Origin: a virus
Lineage: Duplodnaviria; Caudoviricetes
Virus record (IMG/VR): IMGVR_UViG_3300032327_000792
Length of the DNA stretch: 64,000 nt
Direction: 5' to 3' (one strand)
Shown here: positions 58,631 to 64,000 of the stretch, in pieces
How positions within the stretch are numbered: the stretch's first letter is position 1
Layout: each line of letters starts with the position of its first letter
Notes under the pieces: model-generated
What the model was told of the DNA's origin: nothing
Seen by the model: only the letters and a program-made list of their open reading frames with translations
Database searches by the model: none
Translations under genes and position numbers: made by a program

Positions 58631-61282
58631 CTATGCTGTTGAGAAGATCACAGAGCCAACCAATCTGGTAGTGGCTTTGAGCCTGCTGTGCGTCAATGGA
58701 TCCATTTTGGTGTCCGAAGAACCTTGCCAAAACATGGTCACGGTGTTTCCAGATCCAGGCACAGTGCCAGACACAACATTGGTAGGTGAGTTCATGCCAG
58801 TGTAAAATGATACCGTCAGCGATCCAGTGGTGGCCGCCGTGGTGGCGGATGTAAAGGGCAAGTTGCCCATGATCACATTGCCGTTTGGTGTGGATTGGCT
58901 GGCAATGGTGATGTCAAAAGTACAGAAGGCCATGCCGCCGATCTTTTGAAAATAAGTGTTGTTTATGGTCAAACTATAAGAGCCAGTTTCAGGAACCAGA
59001 GTGGGTGTCCAAGTGCCCGACGTGCTGGCAATGTTGCCCGAACTGATCCAGTTCAAGTTGCCAGCACCATCCGTGCTCAGCAGTTGTCCGGTGCTGCCGC
59101 CGTTGATTTTTACATTGGCATTAGAATTTAGGTTGCTGATGCCAACTATGGTTAGATTGCCACCTGTGATGTTGCCAGTGGCACTGATTAGTCCGCCAGT
59201 TAGAACATTGCCACCGGTGACGTTTCCTGTGGAACTAATCAAACCACCAGTGACAAGATTACCACCTGTGACGTTGCCAGTAGATACTACACGGCCGCCA
59301 GTGACAAGATTACCACCTGTGACATTGCCCGTGGTTACCACTTCGTTGTTGATGGTGGTGTTGGGGGTCTTAAAGTAACCGTCAGTTTGAATATTACCTG
59401 TGGCCACAATACGACCACCTGTTGCAATGTTTCCGCCGGTGATGTTGCCAGTGGCCTGTATGGTAGTGGTTGTTGATACAGCACCAAACTGCACAGTGGC
59501 ATTGGTGGCTACTGATTGGCCAATACTGAACGTTACATTGCCTGTTGCGGCACTGACTGCGACACCGGTACCAGCAATGGCTGCTATTACACCTGTGTTG
59601 GTCAAGGTGATTGAGTTGCCCAGTGCCACTGTTCCAGAACCAGTGAGTCCGATACCTTGACCTGTTGTTAATGTCCAAGCAGGATTGGCCAACTTGCTGT
59701 TGACAATACTGCCTGCACTTAGAGCATTGGTTACATCACCACTGGTCAGAGTGACAGCCCCTGTTCTGGTGTTGAAACTGGCCACGCCAATGGCTGCGGG
59801 TATCTGTTGCCAAACTGCACCACTGTAGATCACAAAGTCGCCAGCAGCAAAAGTGATAGGTCCTGCTCCAAAGTTCACAGTGCCAGCGGCACTGACTGAA
59901 TATTCGTCACCAGCTGAACCCACACCGTTGGTCAATGTAGGAGTATTGTTTGCGGCACTCCAGGAACCTTTGTATATCACAGCACCGGCTGGCAGTTGTG
60001 CAGCAGTAACTTTGCCCGATCCGTCCAAGGTGGCCACACCGTTGGCCGTGCCTCGTTGTGTTAGCGGAATGGCTGCTGTGGTTTGTAGTGTGGCGTCTTT
60101 GAACTTGATGCCCACCATGTCTATTTCCATGTAGCCGGTATTGGTTCCTGCACCCACTATGAGATTGGCTCCAGAATCGGCAGCCAACAAGCTGATGCCA
60201 GTGGTGGTCATCTGCATGTTGCCAATTTGTATTTTTTGTGTGCCGTTGATCAGCAAGGCACCATTGTCAACTGTGAGTTCAGCATTGGTGCCCAATGTCT
60301 GATCTTGCATGTATATGCTGTCAGGACCAATGTACAAACTGTTCCACTTGTTGGTGGCATTGCCCAGCTGATAAAGATTGTTTACTGTGGGTATGAGATT
60401 GCCACCAAGGTCAATGCCTTCAGGTTGGAATGTGGCTGTTATGACCTGTGTGTTGCTGCCATCAGGAGTGGTGTAGATCTGTACTTTACTGCCTTGAGCA
60501 GTGGGGGTTTGATTTTCGGTGGCCACAAAGTCAATCTTGGCAAATCCAAGAGAGGTGAACACCCCGGTGCTGAGATAAGGATTGGCACCCAGACGACTGA
60601 CCACTTGATTGGCCAAAACTGGAGTAGGTGCAGAAGCCAGGCCGTTGTAGCGGCGACCCACATACACAGAATAGTTGTTGATGCCATCGTTGTAAATTCT
60701 ACTGGCTTCGTTGTTCTGTCCAGTGACGTGTAGCATGCCACCCGGATTGCCTGGAGCAACACTTAGGCCACTGGCACTGCCTACAATTTCTACTGCACCA
60801 ACATTGATGTCAGGCGTAGGCACCAACATCTTGACTTGGCCATCATTGGCTATTTGAAATGTGGCAACATTGGCAACGTTGCTGTCGGCATAGACACTGA
60901 CTGGGCCAAATAGTTGAACTATACCAGAGCCAGGTTCATTGACACCAATGGCAAGATCGGTATTGGCCAATATACCAGTTATAGTTGAACTGGTCAGGGT
61001 AATGTTGCCAATCTGCACGGTAACATTGGCAGGATCTACTGTAAAGAATGAGGAGCCACCAAACACACCATTGCCAGCATTGTATTGCACAGTGTTGGCA
61101 ACACCTCCGGGTTGTCCGGCTCCACCACCTAGTGACACTGGAATACCACCCGGGGTATTACCGTTGCTGGAGTAAAATGCGTTGGTTACTGGGTCCCACC
61201 AAAGACGATCTTGTTGACCCACATAAGTGGCGGCGTTGGCGTTGTTATCGCGGCTGGTAAAAAGATTTTGAATGAAGCTCAT
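58631..61282 (-). CDS. Long tail fibre protein
   Basis: Gly/Thr/Asn-rich, VASFNTRTGAVTL motif, TGNVTGGN repeats, C-terminal GTWTP...YFQKIG receptor-binding-type domain. Confidence 0.8.
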   Translation of the reverse strand: MSFIQNLFTSRDNNANAATYVGQQDRLWWDPVTNAFYSSNGNTPGGIPVSLGGGAGQPGGVANTVQYNAGNGVFGGSSFFTVDPANVTVQIGNITLTSSTITGILANTDLAIGVNEPGSGIVQLFGPVSVYADSNVANVATFQIANDGQVKMLVPTPDINVGAVEIVGSASGLSVAPGNPGGMLHVTGQNNEASRIYNDGINNYSVYVGRRYNGLASAPTPVLANQVVSRLGANPYLSTGVFTSLGFAKIDFVATENQTPTAQGSKVQIYTTPDGSNTQVITATFQPEGIDLGGNLIPTVNNLYQLGNATNKWNSLYIGPDSIYMQDQTLGTNAELTVDNGALLINGTQKIQIGNMQMTTTGISLLAADSGANLIVGAGTNTGYMEIDMVGIKFKDATLQTTAAIPLTQRGTANGVATLDGSGKVTAAQLPAGAVIYKGSWSAANNTPTLTNGVGSAGDEYSVSAAGTVNFGAGPITFAAGDFVIYSGAVWQQIPAAIGVASFNTRTGAVTLTSGDVTNALSAGSIVNSKLANPAWTLTTGQGIGLTGSGTVALGNSITLTNTGVIAAIAGTGVAVSAATGNVTFSIGQSVATNATVQFGAVSTTTTIQATGNITGGNIATGGRIVATGNIQTDGYFKTPNTTINNEVVTTGNVTGGNLVTGGRVVSTGNVTGGNLVTGGLISSTGNVTGGNVLTGGLISATGNITGGNLTIVGISNLNSNANVKINGGSTGQLLSTDGAGNLNWISSGNIASTSGTWTPTLVPETGSYSLTINNTYFQKIGGMAFCTFDITIASQSTPNGNVIMGNLPFTSATTAATTGSLTVSFYTGMNSPTNVVSGTVPGSGNTVTMFWQGSSDTKMDPLTHSRLKATTRLVGSVIFSTA
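59160..59450 (-). repeat. In-frame 51-bp (17-aa, TGNVTGGNLVTGGRVVS-like) tandem repeat in tail fibre
   Basis: Exact 23-mer GTGACAAGATTACCACCTGTGAC at 59250 and 59301; about 4-5 degenerate copies. Confidence 0.85.
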
Positions 61283-61293
61283 ATCAGAGCCCC

Positions 61294-61644
61294 TTAGTCG
61301 TCAAACACTTCGTCATTGCTCAATTCTTGAACGACAGCCGCACTGGGAATGCCAGCTGCACGCTTCATACGTTCTAATTCGTCTTCTTCTTCGGCTGTGG
61401 GTAGTTTGGCCTCTGCTTCTTCTTCGGCTCGGGCGACTTGATCTTCGTCATAGATATTTTCAACACCCACTGCTTTTTTCAACAATTCAATTTTCTGTTG
61501 TAGTGGAGGAACAAACAAATCGTCTGGCTCTCGGGCCAACTCTTGTCCTTCAGCATTGTGTTGAACATTGTGCTTGGGCTCTTGAGCTGTTTGGCGGTTG
61601 TTAACAAAGTCTGCTAACTGTTGTAAAATATCATTGACTTTCAT
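61294..61644 (-). CDS. Hypothetical late protein (MKVNDIL N-terminus)
   Basis: ORF coupled by ATGA overlap. Confidence 0.75.
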   Translation of the reverse strand: MKVNDILQQLADFVNNRQTAQEPKHNVQHNAEGQELAREPDDLFVPPLQQKIELLKKAVGVENIYDEDQVARAEEEAEAKLPTAEEEDELERMKRAAGIPSAAVVQELSNDEVFDD

Positions 61645-62027
61645 CTTGGGTATCCTTTGAAACTATTTATGGGACTTTGAGTTAACACTGATTGGGGTTC
61701 TTCACTTTTTGAACTTGACACTAAATGCTTTCCGCCTGAAGTGTTGGTCATTGCCAATGCTTGATCAATCACCTGTTCAATACTACTGTTCATTCCAACC
61801 ACGACACCGTGTTCTCCAAATGCTGTTTCAGGTGTCCACTTGGGCATATCTTTGGTTAACCCGTCGGTACCAGCATCACTTCTTGCTCGAGCCAGGGCCA
61901 CTCCAAAACGATAGTTTTTGTAAGGATCAGCAGCACTTAGTCCTGGAAGTACATAGGTGTAACGCATTGGTTCGGCCAGCTCGGGAGGAAGATTGGCCTG
62001 TTCTGTAATAAATTCTCTAGCTCTCAC
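61641..62027 (-). CDS. Putative internal head protein, paralogue A (MRAREFITE...FKGYPR)
   Basis: N- and C-termini nearly identical to the next ORF. Confidence 0.7.
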   Translation of the reverse strand: MRAREFITEQANLPPELAEPMRYTYVLPGLSAADPYKNYRFGVALARARSDAGTDGLTKDMPKWTPETAFGEHGVVVGMNSSIEQVIDQALAMTNTSGGKHLVSSSKSEEPQSVLTQSPINSFKGYPR

Positions 62028-62407
62028 CTTGGGTATCCTTTGAATCCTTTGACCGGGCTTTGGGTCTGTATTTTGCCAGGTACTTCCTGACTTTGATTAT
62101 CTGGATTTGGGTGCAATACATCATCCCACCTAATACCCAAGTGCTTGTATGCTTTTTTCAACATCTTGAGCTCATGTTCTGTGTACGGAAATGCCAATGT
62201 ATTTTTTCCAGCCCAAGATTCATAGTCTAAGTCCACTTCATTGTCACCATCTGAACTGGCCACATACATCATAATTCTATTTAAATCATACAATCTATCT
62301 GCAGTACCGCCCACTCTATGAGCTCCTGGCATAGCATGATGCGCACTTAGGCGAGGAGTAAACCCATTATGTACTGTATCTTCCGTAATAAATTCCGCAG
62401 CTCTCAT
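62024..62407 (-). CDS. Putative internal head protein, paralogue B (MRAAEFITE...FKGYPR)
   Basis: Tandem paralogue of 61641..62027. Confidence 0.7.
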   Translation of the reverse strand: MRAAEFITEDTVHNGFTPRLSAHHAMPGAHRVGGTADRLYDLNRIMMYVASSDGDNEVDLDYESWAGKNTLAFPYTEHELKMLKKAYKHLGIRWDDVLHPNPDNQSQEVPGKIQTQSPVKGFKGYPR

Positions 62408-62410
62408 CGG

Positions 62411-62707
62411 TTAGTAACTGCCTTGACCAATAACTCCGGCCTGTGCTGAACTGGCTGTGCCTAGTTCTTGTGCTGTGAAGTTTGCTCCGGTTACTGTCAA
62501 ACGATTGCCAACGCCAACATAAATTTCTTGTGTGCTTGACGCAGGAACGCTAACAGCATTTGAGTAGATATTGCCCACAGCTGCTACAGTGCCCAATGCA
62601 GTAGCATATACATTAAACGTAACTGCGGTGTTGCCAGTGCTGATACTGGCTTTGTCTGTGTACCATTGAGCATTTGCTACTGATGTATATACGTTGGCTT
62701 GTGGCAT
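62411..62707 (-). CDS. Small beta-rich virion protein
   Basis: AAGGA RBS, TAAATA at 62738-62743. Confidence 0.6.
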   Translation of the reverse strand: MPQANVYTSVANAQWYTDKASISTGNTAVTFNVYATALGTVAAVGNIYSNAVSVPASSTQEIYVGVGNRLTVTGANFTAQELGTASSAQAGVIGQGSY

Positions 62708-62740
62708 AAATTTATTCCTTTGTTCTCTAATGTTGTTTAT

Positions 62741-63373
62741 TTAGTTGTGTTGGTACGCAAACTTAAAACCTTTGGTACTCTTTTGGCGGCCAGCTAAACA
62801 GTTAGCAATATCTCCCTGCCGTAATCCTAAAATTTTTGATGCTGTTATTTGATCAGTGTAAACTGTGTTAGTAGTCTTTTCAATAATAGTTTTGCGATTT
62901 AGTGCTGGCTTACCCCACATAGGATGTTTTTCTTTTTTTAAACTTTCGCTTATTGCTTTTTTGTGTTCAATAGAATAACTACCACGTTTAGTTCCAAGTA
63001 AACCATTAGATATATTCTCTCTATGTTCTTTAGAAAGTTGTTTACCTTTGTTCCAACCTGGTCTTCCTTTACATGATGGCGGTTTTGCTTCTATTTTAAG
63101 ATTTGTAAGTTTATCAAAATGATCTCTAATGTAGTTTTCTTCAAGACGGTAGGCTTCATTCTCATCTACAATATTTTCATGTAGAAGCATCACACCAGGT
63201 TGTAATCCTTCTGCTTGTATTTTTTTAATTTTATTTTCTGTTGGATTATTTTTACCGTTACCTGACCAATGGCCAAGATGACTTTTCCACCGATCGCCGG
63301 TGCCTTTGCCACAGTAAAAAACTTCGTGATTATTTCGAGGATCGGTTAAGAGATAGACATAGTATGTTTTCAT
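62741..63373 (-). mobile_element. Free-standing GIY-YIG homing endonuclease with NUMOD3/NUMOD1-type DNA-binding repeats
   Basis: YYVYLLTDP...FYCGKG, GWNKGKQLSKEHRENIS, HKKAISES, C-terminal ASKILG...IANCL...KGFKF; AT-rich; own TAAATA 5 nt upstream. Confidence 0.85.
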
Positions 63374-63409
63374 ACTATTATTTAGTCTATTCCAATAACT
63401 TGCTTTAGT

Positions 63410-64000
63410 TTACCAAGCTCTGCAAGACCAATATCTGGCACCTGTACGAGGACCTGGATTGGCACAGTTGTGTCTTGCTCTAAAACTTTTACGTCGTGCA
63501 GGGTTAGACTTTTTGATCTTCATGGTCTTTTGACCAAGTCGTTTGGCTGTTTTGCCACCGTGTCCAAAGTTTACTTTTTTGACATTGCCAGTCTTTGGAT
63601 CTCGAACATAGACCTTGAATTTTTTTTGGTCCCCTCTAGTGGGTTTGTTGAGTGTGACACTACGACCTTGATATTCAGCTTCCATGGTGTCCACTGGAGC
63701 TTCGTCGGCAGCTTTGGCCATGACTTCGCCGGCACCTTGATCTTCATCTAACTCTGCATTGATGTTGTCCCAAAACTCACCGTTCTCTTCACCGTACTTG
63801 TCCACAAATTCATCACGACTCATCTGTTCCGCGTCTTTGTGCATCATGTGTTTTACAGCACCTTCGGTTATTGAATCATCCTCTAGTTCTGCTTCGCACT
63901 GGATACCTTCAGACAGGATGTGTTCAAAGCCCATCCACTGTTCCATCACAGCCCAGGTTTCTTCTGTGGCATCCACCAAAATTTCATCAGCTGACGCTTC
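63410..64000 (-). CDS. Prohead/virion protein, 5'-partial, with basic C-terminal RKSFRARHNC...YWSC domain
   Basis: Frame stays open to base 64000 (EASADEILVDATEE...); acidic region with ILSEG/ITEG sites. Confidence 0.7.
   Translation of the reverse strand, partial: EASADEILVDATEETWAVMEQWMGFEHILSEGIQCEAELEDDSITEGAVKHMMHKDAEQMSRDEFVDKYGEENGEFWDNINAELDEDQGAGEVMAKAADEAPVDTMEAEYQGRSVTLNKPTRGDQKKFKVYVRDPKTGNVKKVNFGHGGKTAKRLGQKTMKIKKSNPARRKSFRARHNCANPGPRTGARYWSCRAW

Noticed and set aside
3841-61604. Many plus-strand and nested ORFs in the track (e.g. 4229..4669, 9207..9596, 53517..53981, 59001..59378, 60227..60733)
   Set aside because: They are antisense shadows of well-supported minus-strand genes, with no RBS, promoter or family motifs
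1-64000. Alternative genetic code (stop-codon recoding seen in some large phages)
   Set aside because: Core genes (nrdA, nrdB, gp41, uvsW, gp17, uvsX) translate full-length under the standard code and the ORFs tile tightly
1-64000. tRNA, rRNA or riboswitch genes
   Set aside because: Intergenic gaps are short and explained by promoters and terminators; no cloverleaf or T-loop GTTCGA signature was found in them by eye (tRNAscan/Infernal not run)

Overview
This window is a gene-dense 64-kb segment of a large T4-like (probably jumbo) myophage genome, mostly on the minus strand and read with the standard code. No tRNA, rRNA, CRISPR array, intron or intein was seen. Core genes: ATP-dependent DNA ligase, class Ia RNR (nrdA and nrdB split by four inserted genes), glutaredoxin, gp41 helicase, gp61-type primase, UvsW/UvsX/UvsY, gp32 SSB, terminase large subunit, PAAR spike, tail-fibre proteins and a free-standing GIY-YIG endonuclease. 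The accessory load is unusual: six radical-SAM/auxiliary-cluster paralogues interleaved with the replication genes, an iscU-erpA-iscA Fe-S mini-operon, and an 11-gene glycosyl-/methyl-/nucleotidyl-transferase island with late-promoter motifs. It also carries two SGNH-like proteins, an SDR, a sulfotransferase-like protein, a class II aldolase and a 192-aa minimal DnaE-like polymerase. One protein fuses a Pol-beta-type nucleotidyltransferase to a KxDG ligase-type nucleotidyltransferase and starts with a T4 Alt-like N-terminus. Regulatory signals are readable directly: sigma70-type promoters (TTGACN-17-TAYAAT, some in terminator-promoter cassettes) and a T4-like late TAAATA motif, often only 4-9 nt from the start codon. 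All product calls come from motifs recognised by eye, not from database searches. Several start positions were moved from the ORF track to match RBS, promoter or overlap evidence.
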